The notes beneath the pieces are model-generated. The model ran no database searches. It was not told where the DNA came from and worked only from the letters and a program-made list of their open reading frames with translations. From assembly GCA_964407905.1 (NCBI GenBank), contig CAYOXJ010000001.1:25752-60744 (forward strand): DNA of 34,993 nucleotides, given 5' to 3'. The position numbers and the translations under genes were made by a program. Below are positions 16,932 to 25,636 of this stretch, piece after piece (positions within the stretch are counted from its first letter, which is position 1; every line of letters starts with the position of its first letter). The DNA is from an uncultured Thermoplasmata archaeon. Its GTDB lineage: Archaea; Thermoplasmatota; Thermoplasmata; UBA10834.

Positions 16932-17948
16932 TCACCCCTTCCTTTTCTTCTTCTCGGTCACAGCCCTCTTCAGCGGGGACTTGGGTAGTGTGAAAGCGTA
17001 GAAGGTCCCAAGCGGGTCTTTGACCTGCATCATCATCTCCATGATCTGTTCCTCACTTAGCTTTGACTCCGAATCCGTGATGTTGAGGAGCGACGACAGT
17101 GCGCTCAGCATGCTAGCGCCCTGGTCGGTCACCGCCTTCGTCGGGCCCATGCAGCCTCTGCACGGCATATTCGCGTTCGGGCACATCGCGCCGCAGCCAG
17201 CCCGCGTCGCCGGGCCGATGCATATTATGCCCTGATCGAGCAAGCACTTCTTCGGGTCGGGCTTGATCTCGTAGGCCTGGTAGATCTTCTCAATCCTCCT
17301 GCCTTTCTCGACCCGCTCCCTCTTGCACTCGTCGCAGAGGGTCTTGTCCGAAGCGATGACCGTCCCCTTCGGCGGAAGAGGCGCTCCCTTCGTCACGTGC
17401 TGTGCCACCGCATCCACGGCCATGGCGATCAGGTTGACCGTGGGCGGGCAACCTGGCATGAAGTAATCGACGTCGACCACCTCGTCGAGCGTCTTGACTG
17501 TGTCGTAGAACTCGGGCAGTTCCAGCTCCCCCTCGGGAACCTTCAGATGCGACTGCGGGGTCACGAAACCTGGATTGTCGGTCGACACGGTATTCTTGTA
17601 GACCGTCTCGAAGACTTCCTTTCTGTTCGTCACGTTCGCTAGCCCGGGCGTCCCGCCGTAGCACGCGCACGAGCCGAAGGCAATCATGACAGCAGACTTC
17701 TCGCGCAGAATCTTGGCCACGTGCTCGTTTTCGGAGTTGCGAATCGCGCCATTGTAGAAGCTCACGGTTATGGACTTGTCCGGCATTGCCTCGATTTCCT
17801 TCAGCTTGCCGTCGAACCCGATCGGCCAGAACACGACCTCTGCGATCGCGTGGACGTCCAGGATCCTCGCATCGATGTCCAAGAGCGCGACGTCGCATCC
17901 TCCGCACCCCGCGCCCCAGTACTGTGCGATCTTGATCTTGTCTGCCAT
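16932..17948 (-). CDS. mvhG: [NiFe] hydrogenase small (Fe-S) subunit, MvhG-like
   Basis: 338 aa. It has the proximal-cluster motif YWGAGCGGCDVALLD, then GSCACYGG and MPGCPP. C-terminal Cys clusters are also present (CDECKRE, CIGPATRAGCGAMCPNANMPCRGC). Confidence 0.85.
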   Translation of the reverse strand: MADKIKIAQYWGAGCGGCDVALLDIDARILDVHAIAEVVFWPIGFDGKLKEIEAMPDKSITVSFYNGAIRNSENEHVAKILREKSAVMIAFGSCACYGGTPGLANVTNRKEVFETVYKNTVSTDNPGFVTPQSHLKVPEGELELPEFYDTVKTLDEVVDVDYFMPGCPPTVNLIAMAVDAVAQHVTKGAPLPPKGTVIASDKTLCDECKRERVEKGRRIEKIYQAYEIKPDPKKCLLDQGIICIGPATRAGCGAMCPNANMPCRGCMGPTKAVTDQGASMLSALSSLLNITDSESKLSEEQIMEMMMQVKDPLGTFYAFTLPKSPLKRAVTEKKKRKG

Positions 17949-17949
17949 C

Positions 17950-18342
17950 TCAGTTCACCTCTACCTTCTCAGGCTGTGCCCTGCTTGGCGCGGCCCTGTA
18001 CTGCGGCGACTGACCCTTCATGCCGACCTGGTCAACCAGCCTCCATCTCTTGAGGGCGATTATGTGCTTCACGATCTCAGGCTTCGGTATGCCTGTGATG
18101 TCGTGCAGCTCGTGAACGGTCCTCGGGCCTTCCTCCATTTCCTGCAGCAAGAGGTTTCTCTCCAGCTCCACGCCTGCGGCCTTCTGCACTATGAAGCTGT
18201 ATCTCGCGTCAGTGATGGCCTCTCCGAAGACGTTTCCCTGTGTCGTCAGCTGGCCCTTCTTTCCCAGAAGCCATCTGACCCTCTCTCCCTCGACTGTTCT
18301 CAGTGCCGCGCGTATCTTGGCCTCCCTGATGGACATCCTCAT
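17950..18342 (-). CDS. Free-standing homologue of the winged-helix-like C-terminal extension that is fused to MvhD in the two upstream modules; function unknown
   Basis: 130 aa, ATGA-coupled to mvhD-d. TQGNVFGEAI and ERNLLLQEMEEGPRTVHELHDITGIPKPEIVKHIIALKRWRLV align by eye with EEGNVYGDKL...ERSLILLLTKNNNMSVKDLSKKMNVPTDRVLEHIVVLRQKNLI in ORF 21838-22602. Confidence 0.6.
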   Translation of the reverse strand: MRMSIREAKIRAALRTVEGERVRWLLGKKGQLTTQGNVFGEAITDARYSFIVQKAAGVELERNLLLQEMEEGPRTVHELHDITGIPKPEIVKHIIALKRWRLVDQVGMKGQSPQYRAAPSRAQPEKVEVN

Positions 18343-18803
18343 TCACCACCTACCATGGGGGACGGTCCAAGTTCCTTAATCGTGTTGGTGAAGGAGATGA
18401 TGGTCTTCTGGAACTTCTCGCCCTCGCCTGCTGATACCCATTCCAGGCGCAGCCTGTCAGGGTCGAATCCGAACTGCTGTATGAGCATCTTCAGCAGCGC
18501 CATCCTCCTGCGGGTCCTGTAGTTGCCGCCTATGTAGTGGCAGTCCGCGGGATGGCAGCCTGCAACGAGGATTCCATCGGCCCCCCTGTTGAACGCCCTC
18601 AGGACGAACTCGGGGTCCACTCTTGCGGAGCACATTACCCTGATCACCCTGAAGTAGGGGGGCATCTGCAGCCTGCTGACCCCAGCAAGGTCGGCGCCTG
18701 CGTACGAGCACCAGTTGCAACAGAACACGAGAATCTTGGGCTCGAACTGCCCGCCTGTCTCCTCGCCCTGGTGCGCGGAAGTGTGCGTCGCCTCGCTGCT
18801 CAT
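18339..18803 (-). CDS. mvhD: MvhD-type [2Fe-2S] iron-sulfur protein (copy d, stand-alone domain)
   Basis: The track ORF extends to 19037 inside hdrA, so I take ATG 18803 (MSSEATHT...), which overlaps the hdrA-d stop (ATGA), giving 154 aa. It has FCCNWCSYAGADLAG, VMCSARVDP and GCHPADCHY, the MvhD/FlpD signature. Confidence 0.85.
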   Translation of the reverse strand: MSSEATHTSAHQGEETGGQFEPKILVFCCNWCSYAGADLAGVSRLQMPPYFRVIRVMCSARVDPEFVLRAFNRGADGILVAGCHPADCHYIGGNYRTRRRMALLKMLIQQFGFDPDRLRLEWVSAGEGEKFQKTIISFTNTIKELGPSPMVGGE

Positions 18804-21800
18804 TGCTTCGCCTCCTGCTTCGGGTTTTCCCCCACGAGCGCAGCATCGATCATCGCGTAGATCTGCTCGTCCCTGTACCCCTTCTGTGTCAGCGCGCCAG
18901 ACGGGCATGCGCCTACACAGGCTCCGCAGCCCTTGCAGAGGCCGACGTTGATCTCGACAAGCTTCTTGTCTTTGTTCTTCTTGTCGGGTACGATCTCCAT
19001 GGCCTTGTACTCGCAGATGGGAACGCATATGCCACATCCGTCGCAGAAGGTCTCGTCGACGCTCGCGACGATGCCCTCAGCCTCGAGCGTCGTCTTCGAC
19101 AGCACGGTGGTCGCCCTCGAGACAGCAGCCAACGCCTGCGCGATGCTCTCGTCGACGAACTTCGGGCCATGCGCGAGACCCGCGAGGTATATGCCCTCCG
19201 TGGCGAAGTCAACCGGCCTGAGCTTCATGTGCGCCTCGAGGAAGAATCCCTCCTTTGTCTGGGGAACTTTGCACATGGGCGCCAGCTCACCGGCATCCTC
19301 CTGAGGCCTCGTGCCTGCAGCGAGGACCAGGTGGTCCGGCTTCAGGACGATCTCCTTGCCAGTGTCCTCGTCGGTCACGCTGACCTCGAGCTTTCCAGCC
19401 TTATCCTCGACACGTGGCTTGACCTTGTCATCAAATCGGACGAATATCACTCCTTTCGAGCCGGCTTCCTTGTAGTACTTCTCTCTGAATCCGTAGGTCC
19501 TGATGTCTCTGTAGAGCACGAAGACCTTCGCGTTGGGGTCCCTCTCCTTGATCTTCATCGCCGCGGTCATCGTGCCAGTGCAGCAGACGCGGGAGCAGTT
19601 CGGATTCTTATCCTCCCTCGAGCCTACGCACTGTATGAACACGTACTCCTTGCCCTTGGCCTCGCCCTTCGCAAGCTTGTCCTTGAGCTCGAGCAGAGTC
19701 ATGACTTTCTTGTTCTTGCCGTAGAGATACTCGCCCTCGGGCTTGTGCTCCTCGCCGCCTATGGCGACGATCACGATACCATGTTCGATCTCCTCGCCCG
19801 TCGTGAGCTTGGTCTTGAAGTTGCCAACATAGCCGTCCAGCGACTTGACCTTCGAGCCAAGGTAGACAGTTATATTCGGGCTCGAGGTGACCTTCTTGTC
19901 GAGCTCTCTCACGTACGCTGCGGGGTCGTCGCCCGATGGCAGGTAGTGAAGCTTCTTTGCATTTCCTCCGAGCTCCTTCTCTCTCTCGACCAGGTGCACT
20001 TTAAAGCCCTGCTTCGCGAGCTCGAGTGCTGCGACCATGCCAGAAACCCCTCCGCCGACTACCAATGCCTGCTGGTTGACGTTCATTGTCAGATTCTGCA
20101 GCGGCTCGAGTAGCCTCGCCTTCGCGACCGCCATCCTGACTAGGTCCTTCGCCTTCTTGGTGGCGGCCTTCGGCTCATGCATGTGTATCCACGAGCACTG
20201 GTCCCTGATGTTTGCCATCTCGAAAAGATAGGCATTGAGGCCCGCTTCTTTGATGGTGTTCTGGAACAGTGGCTCGTGAGTCCTTGGCGTGCAGCTCGCC
20301 ACCACCACCCTGTTCAGCTTCAGCTCCTTGACCTTCTCCTTGATCTTCTCCTGCGTGTCCTGGGAACAGGTGTATAGGTTCTGCTCAGCGTAAGCCACGT
20401 TGGGCAACGTCTTCGCATACTCCATGACCTCTGGAACCTTCACGACGCCGCCGATGTTGATCCCGCAGTGGCAGACGAAGACGCCTATCCTGGGCTCCTG
20501 GCCCTCGACACTCGTCTCGGGCGGGTATTCCTTCTTTGTGACAAGGGTGTTCCTCGCCCCAGCGATCTCGGTGCCGGCCTTCGCAGCTGCACCCGACGCC
20601 TCCGCGACTGTCATCGGGATGTCCTTTGGTGAAGAGAACGCGCCGCTGACGAATACCCCCGGCCTGGTGGTCTCGACCGGCGCGAACACGCTCGTCTGTG
20701 CGAACCCGTCGTCGTTCAGCTTGAACTCCATGATCTTGCTCAGGTTCTCGGCGTCCGCAGGTGGCCTGAGTCCAACGGCCAGGACGACGAGGTTGAACTC
20801 CTCCTCCTTCGGTTCGCCGTTCTCGACGTACTTGAGCTTCAGGTTCTTCGTCCTCGAATCCTCCGAGACGGCAGCGATCCTCGACCTGACGAACTTGATT
20901 CCATACTCGTTCTGTGCTCTGTTGTAGTACTCGTCGAACTCCTTGCCGAAAGCCCTCATGTCCATGAAGAATATTGAGGGCTTGATGTCACCGCCATGCT
21001 CCTTGGCGATGACCGCCTCCTTTATGGAGTACATGCAGCATACGCTCGAGCAGTATTCGTTTCCGCAGTGCTCGTCCCTGGATCCGACGCACTGGATGAA
21101 CGCGACCTTCTCCGGTATGTCGCCATCGGAAGGCCTCAGAACAGTGCCCATGTACGGTCCCGTGGCCGAGAGCATCCTCTCGAACTCGATGCTCGTGACG
21201 ACGTTCTTGTACACGCCATACCCGTACTCTGTCTTCAGCCGCGCATTGAACTCGTCGAAGCCTGGGGAGACGATGACAGAGCCGACCTTGATCTCAAGCA
21301 CCTTCTCCTTCTGGTCGTATTCCACAGCCTTCGCCTTGCACTCCTCAGCACATATCCCGCAGCCGATGCACTTGTCCGGGTCGATCGAGTAGACCAACGG
21401 AACGGCCTGCGGGTATCTCACGTAGATCGCCTTCCTCACCTTGGTGTTCTCGTCGAACTCGTTGGACGCTTCGATCGGACATTTCTGCGCACAGCTGCCG
21501 CAGCCAGTACACTTCTTCGGGTCCACTCTGAAGGCATGCTGCTTCACTATCACGCTGAAGTTGCCCGCCTCACCGTCGAGCTTCGCGATCTCTGCGTTTG
21601 TTATCAGCTCGATGTTGTGGTGCCTGCCCGTCGCGACCAGCTTCGGAGCCATGATGCACATGGCGCAGTCGTTGGTGGGGAAGGTCTTGTCGAGCTGTGC
21701 CATCACTCCGCCTATGCTCGGCTGCTTCTCGACCAGGTACACCCTGTATCCGGAGTCAGCAAGATCGAGAGCGGACTGCATCCCTGAGATGCCGCCGCCG

Positions 21801-21838
21801 ACGACCATGACCGCTCCGATCTTGTCGGTCGCTGCCAT
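18800..21838 (-). CDS. hdrA: Double-module HdrA-like flavoprotein, copy d (about 1012 aa)
   Basis: N-module (aa 1 to ~430): VVGGGISGM, DKTFPTNDCAMC, an inserted 2x[4Fe-4S] ferredoxin (CTGCGSCAQKCP, CIGCGICAEEC) and CVGSRD..YCSSVCC. C-module (aa ~450 to end): HdrA N-domain RIGVFVCHCGINIGG..ASCTPRTH, a second VVGGGVSGM, CVGSRED..CSRVCC, and a C-terminal 2x[4Fe-4S] (CDGCGICVPIC, CKGCGACVGACP). The start is ATG 21838 or GTG 21841, both overlapping the upstream TGA. Confidence 0.9.
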   Translation of the reverse strand: MAATDKIGAVMVVGGGISGMQSALDLADSGYRVYLVEKQPSIGGVMAQLDKTFPTNDCAMCIMAPKLVATGRHHNIELITNAEIAKLDGEAGNFSVIVKQHAFRVDPKKCTGCGSCAQKCPIEASNEFDENTKVRKAIYVRYPQAVPLVYSIDPDKCIGCGICAEECKAKAVEYDQKEKVLEIKVGSVIVSPGFDEFNARLKTEYGYGVYKNVVTSIEFERMLSATGPYMGTVLRPSDGDIPEKVAFIQCVGSRDEHCGNEYCSSVCCMYSIKEAVIAKEHGGDIKPSIFFMDMRAFGKEFDEYYNRAQNEYGIKFVRSRIAAVSEDSRTKNLKLKYVENGEPKEEEFNLVVLAVGLRPPADAENLSKIMEFKLNDDGFAQTSVFAPVETTRPGVFVSGAFSSPKDIPMTVAEASGAAAKAGTEIAGARNTLVTKKEYPPETSVEGQEPRIGVFVCHCGINIGGVVKVPEVMEYAKTLPNVAYAEQNLYTCSQDTQEKIKEKVKELKLNRVVVASCTPRTHEPLFQNTIKEAGLNAYLFEMANIRDQCSWIHMHEPKAATKKAKDLVRMAVAKARLLEPLQNLTMNVNQQALVVGGGVSGMVAALELAKQGFKVHLVEREKELGGNAKKLHYLPSGDDPAAYVRELDKKVTSSPNITVYLGSKVKSLDGYVGNFKTKLTTGEEIEHGIVIVAIGGEEHKPEGEYLYGKNKKVMTLLELKDKLAKGEAKGKEYVFIQCVGSREDKNPNCSRVCCTGTMTAAMKIKERDPNAKVFVLYRDIRTYGFREKYYKEAGSKGVIFVRFDDKVKPRVEDKAGKLEVSVTDEDTGKEIVLKPDHLVLAAGTRPQEDAGELAPMCKVPQTKEGFFLEAHMKLRPVDFATEGIYLAGLAHGPKFVDESIAQALAAVSRATTVLSKTTLEAEGIVASVDETFCDGCGICVPICEYKAMEIVPDKKNKDKKLVEINVGLCKGCGACVGACPSGALTQKGYRDEQIYAMIDAALVGENPKQEAKQ

Positions 21839-22602
21839 CACTGCTCACCCCCGATCTCTATCGTTCGGTATGTCGGTGTGAACCCCTCTGGGTGGTCCAT
21901 GGCTATGAGATTCTTCTGCCTCAGGACGACTATGTGCTCCAGCACTCGATCCGTTGGAACATTCATCTTCTTCGAGAGGTCCTTCACGGACATGTTGTTG
22001 TTCTTCGTAAGCAGAAGGATCAATGATCTCTCGAATTCCTGCTTTGTGGCATTGTATATGATGTCCAGAAGCTTCTCCTTGCCTAGTTTGTCCCCGTAGA
22101 CATTTCCCTCTTCGACAATCTTCAGCTCATTGCTCACAAGGGCCCTCAATCTGAAATCGCTGAGGGCATTGCGTACTGCCACCAAGCCATTCATTATCTT
22201 GCCCGCGTTGCTTGGGCCCAGTTTCTCGAGTTCTCCTGTGAAGTCTCTGATGAGATCGGCGAATCGTTGTCCTTCAGAAGCACTCACCCACTCAAGCCGC
22301 ACTCGCCGTGGGTCAGAACCTGCGAGCTCAAGGATCCTCTTTGCGAGGCCAATCTTGCAATCAGCCTGGAGGTTGCCGGTCAGATAATGGCAGTCTCCGG
22401 GATGGCATCCTCCGACGAGGACACCATCTGCGCCCTGAATCAGAGCTTCAACTATGAGGACAGGATCAACCCTGCCTGAGCACATCACGCGAATTGTCCT
22501 GATGTTCGGCGGGTACTGGAACCTCGAGACTCCAGCCAGATCCGCACCTGCATAGCTGCACCAGTTGCAGAGAAAGCCCACAATGCGTGGTTCGAAGGCC
22601 AT
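21838..22602 (-). CDS. mvhD: MvhD-type [2Fe-2S] protein fused to a ~115-aa winged-helix-like C-terminal extension (copy c)
   Basis: 254 aa. The N-terminus has FLCNWCSYAGADLAG, VMCSGRVDP and GCHPGDCHY. The C-terminus has MSVKDLSKKMNVPTDRVLEHIVVLRQKNLIAMD, an HTH/wing-like pattern. Its start abuts the hdrA-c stop. Confidence 0.85.
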   Translation of the reverse strand: MAFEPRIVGFLCNWCSYAGADLAGVSRFQYPPNIRTIRVMCSGRVDPVLIVEALIQGADGVLVGGCHPGDCHYLTGNLQADCKIGLAKRILELAGSDPRRVRLEWVSASEGQRFADLIRDFTGELEKLGPSNAGKIMNGLVAVRNALSDFRLRALVSNELKIVEEGNVYGDKLGKEKLLDIIYNATKQEFERSLILLLTKNNNMSVKDLSKKMNVPTDRVLEHIVVLRQKNLIAMDHPEGFTPTYRTIEIGGEQ

Positions 22603-25600
22603 CTAGACCCCCTCCTTCACGCCATTGATTTCCTTGACAGCGTTTGCTACCTGAGCAGTGAGTTGCTCATCGGTGAAACCGGGCAGCCGTATGGCTCTCT
22701 CGGGACATGATGCAACACAGGTGCCACAGCCCTTGCACAGGACGATGTTAGTCTTCGCAATACCCTCTGCATTCTTTTCCATTGCACCGTATGGGCAGAT
22801 TGTTATGCAAGTGCCGCAGCCCGTGCATTTCTCTTCGTTCACCTGGGAGACTATTCCCTCGACCTCGTAGGTGTCTTTCGAGAGAATAGTTGAGGCACGT
22901 GCAACTGCGCCGGATGCCTGCGCGATGCATTCCTCTATGAACTTGGGCGAGTGAGCCAGTCCGCAGAGATAGATGCCGTCCGTGGCAAAATCCACGGGAC
23001 GTAGTTTCATGTGTGCCTCAAGGAAGAACTTGTCCTTGCTAAGCGGTACCTTGAGAATCTTTGCGAGAGCCTCATTGTCGGGGTTGGGAAGAGTCGCAGC
23101 CGCAAGCATCAGTATGTCCGGTCTCACGACAACGTGCTCGCCCAGGAAATGCTCAAACACCTCTACCCGCAACTTCCCCTTTTCCATTGTCACGATGGGC
23201 AAGGAGTCATCATAGTATCTGACAAACATTATTCCCTTCTCTGCGGCCTCCGAGTAGAAATCCTCGCGGAATCCATATGTGCGGACATCCTTGTGCAGGA
23301 TGTACACGTTCGCGGCCGGGTTCAGCTCTTTCAGCTTGAGTGCATTCTTGATCGTCTCGGTACAGCATACACGGGAACAGTAGGGCCGCTCTCTTGTTCT
23401 GCAGCCGACGCATTGAATCATCACGACGTTCCTCATCTTCTTGGCTGCGGCCGAGTCCTTGGCGAGGAGTTCTTCGAACTCCAATTGAGTCTTGACCCCG
23501 TCATGCTTACCATACAGGTACTCTTCCGGCTTGTATTCCACTCCGCCAGTTGCAACTACGACTACGCCAGAATCTATCTTCTCTTCCTTTCCATTGACGG
23601 TGACAGTGGCAACGAAGTTGCCGACATAGCCGCTCAATTCCCTGAGAAGCGCATTCGTATGAACATGAATCCTCTCGTTGCCTTTCACACTCTCGATCAT
23701 CTTCTTCAGTTCTCTCTGCGTATCTTCTCCGGTCAATGTGTAGCGTATGCGTCTGAGGATTCCACCGAGCTCCTTCTCTTTCTCGATTATGTGCACTTCA
23801 TAGCCTTCTTCCGCAAGTTGAACTGCGCAAGTCATTCCCGACAGCCCGCCGCCGAGTATGAGCGCGCTCTTCTTCACGGGAACAGTGATGCGGGGCAGTT
23901 GCTCGAGCAATCTCGCTTTTGCCACGGCCATCCGGACGAGATCCTTGGCCTTCTCCGTTGCCTTGTCCGGCTCGTGGGTGTGAACCCATGAGCACTGGTC
24001 TCGTATGTTCGCCATTTCGAAGAGATGCATGTTGAGCCCCGCTTGGCGAACAGTGTTCTGGAACAGTGGTGCATGGGTTCTCGGAGTACACGACGCTACG
24101 ATCACACGGTTCAGGTTGTGCTCCTTTATCCTCTGCTTTATCTTTTCGTTGGTGTCCTGGGAGCATGTGTATAGGTTCTCCTCGGCGTAGACGACGTTTG
24201 GGAGCTTTCTTGCATACTCTGCGACCTCTGGGACGCGCACAACACCGCCTATGTTGATGCCACAGTGACAGACGAACACGCCAATACGAGGTTCCTGCCC
24301 AACAGTGTCCGTCTCGGGCGGGAAGACGCGCTCAGTCACGAGCGTTCCTCGCGCGCTCGAAATCAGAGATGATGCCTTCGCTGCTGCGCCGCTTGCCTGC
24401 GAGACTGAGTCAGGGATGTCCTTTGGCGCTGAAAATGCTCCGCAGACGTATATCCCCGGCACGTTTGTCTCCAGCGGGGAGAAAATGCTCGTGCTCGCGA
24501 AGCCGTATTTGTTGAGGTTGATGCCAAAAACACGGTTCATCCGATCCGAATCCTTGGGAGGCGATGTGCCAACGGAAAGGACCACCATGTCAAACTCTTC
24601 GCTCTTGAGGTCCTCGCCATCCAGGTACCAAACAGTCAGATTCTTCGTCGCTGGGTCTTCTTCCACTTTGGCGATGCGGTTGTTCTTGACGAACTTTATG
24701 CTGTGGGCCTCTTCCGCACGGATGTAGTATTCGTCAAATTCCTTTCCGAATGCCCGGATGTCAAGGAAGAATATGTAGGGCTTCAAGCCGGGCGTGTGCT
24801 CCTGTGCGATTATTGCCTCTTTTATTGCGAACATGCAACAGACAGAAGAGCAGTATGTATTTCCTATCTGCTTGTCGCGCGATCCTATGCACTGGATAAA
24901 CGCGATTTTCCGAGGGAGTTCTCCGTCGCTCGGCCTGAGGACGAGGCCACCATAAGGCCCGGTTGCCGACAGCATTCTCTCAAGGTCCAGAGAAGAGATC
25001 ACGTTCGGAAATCTGCCGTAGCCGTATTCGGGCTTGAGATTCAGATTGAACTCCTCATACCCTGGAGCGAGAACGATTGCGCCCACTCTCATCTCCACGA
25101 TTGTCTCCTTCTGAGAGTACTCTATCGCCTCGGCCTCACATTGGGTTGCACAGATTCCGCAGCCAATGCAGTGATCCTGATCGATCACATGCGTCGGCGG
25201 TATCGCCTGAGAGTATTTCACATAAATGGCCTTTCTGAGCTTCAGACCCTTGTTGTACTCATCCGGAACCTCTATTGGGCAGCGCTGCGTACAAACCCCA
25301 CAGCCGGTGCATTTGTCCTCCAGTACTCGTCTCGTGCGCCTTCTGATCGTTGCCCTGAAATCTCCCGGAGCCCCTTCGACCAACTCGACCTCGGCGTTTG
25401 ATATTATTTGGATGTTGTGATGTCTTCCCGTTTCCACAAGTTTGGGTGCCATAATGCACATGGCGCAGTCGTTCGTGGGGAAGGTCTTGTCGAGCTGCGC
25501 CATCGCGCCACCGATGTTTGGACTCCTGTCCACAAGATAGACTTTGAATCCCGAGTCAGCCAAGTCGAGAGATGCCTGCATACCAGCAATGCCACCGCCA

Positions 25601-25635
25601 ACTACGAGGACTGCACCGACAGGATTGTCCGTCAT
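22603..25635 (-). CDS. hdrA: Double-module HdrA-like flavoprotein, copy c (about 1010 aa)
   Basis: It has the same architecture as copy d: VVGGGIAGM, DKTFPTNDCAMC, CTGCGVCTQRCP/CIGCGICATQC, RIGVFVCHCGINIGG, ILGGGLSGM, CVGCRTRE..CSRVCC, CTGCGTCITICP/CKGCGTCVASCP. I prefer ATG 25635 because AGGAGG lies 8 nt upstream. The track's GTG 25644 abuts that Shine-Dalgarno sequence. Confidence 0.9.
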   Translation of the reverse strand: MTDNPVGAVLVVGGGIAGMQASLDLADSGFKVYLVDRSPNIGGAMAQLDKTFPTNDCAMCIMAPKLVETGRHHNIQIISNAEVELVEGAPGDFRATIRRRTRRVLEDKCTGCGVCTQRCPIEVPDEYNKGLKLRKAIYVKYSQAIPPTHVIDQDHCIGCGICATQCEAEAIEYSQKETIVEMRVGAIVLAPGYEEFNLNLKPEYGYGRFPNVISSLDLERMLSATGPYGGLVLRPSDGELPRKIAFIQCIGSRDKQIGNTYCSSVCCMFAIKEAIIAQEHTPGLKPYIFFLDIRAFGKEFDEYYIRAEEAHSIKFVKNNRIAKVEEDPATKNLTVWYLDGEDLKSEEFDMVVLSVGTSPPKDSDRMNRVFGINLNKYGFASTSIFSPLETNVPGIYVCGAFSAPKDIPDSVSQASGAAAKASSLISSARGTLVTERVFPPETDTVGQEPRIGVFVCHCGINIGGVVRVPEVAEYARKLPNVVYAEENLYTCSQDTNEKIKQRIKEHNLNRVIVASCTPRTHAPLFQNTVRQAGLNMHLFEMANIRDQCSWVHTHEPDKATEKAKDLVRMAVAKARLLEQLPRITVPVKKSALILGGGLSGMTCAVQLAEEGYEVHIIEKEKELGGILRRIRYTLTGEDTQRELKKMIESVKGNERIHVHTNALLRELSGYVGNFVATVTVNGKEEKIDSGVVVVATGGVEYKPEEYLYGKHDGVKTQLEFEELLAKDSAAAKKMRNVVMIQCVGCRTRERPYCSRVCCTETIKNALKLKELNPAANVYILHKDVRTYGFREDFYSEAAEKGIMFVRYYDDSLPIVTMEKGKLRVEVFEHFLGEHVVVRPDILMLAAATLPNPDNEALAKILKVPLSKDKFFLEAHMKLRPVDFATDGIYLCGLAHSPKFIEECIAQASGAVARASTILSKDTYEVEGIVSQVNEEKCTGCGTCITICPYGAMEKNAEGIAKTNIVLCKGCGTCVASCPERAIRLPGFTDEQLTAQVANAVKEINGVKEGV

Positions 25636-25636
25636 C

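Noticed and set aside
18804-19037. N-terminal 78 codons of the track mvhD-d ORF.
   Set aside because: This stretch lies out of frame inside the 3' end of hdrA-d. ATG 18803 gives the same N-terminal spacing before FCCNWC as the other MvhD copies and forms an ATGA junction.
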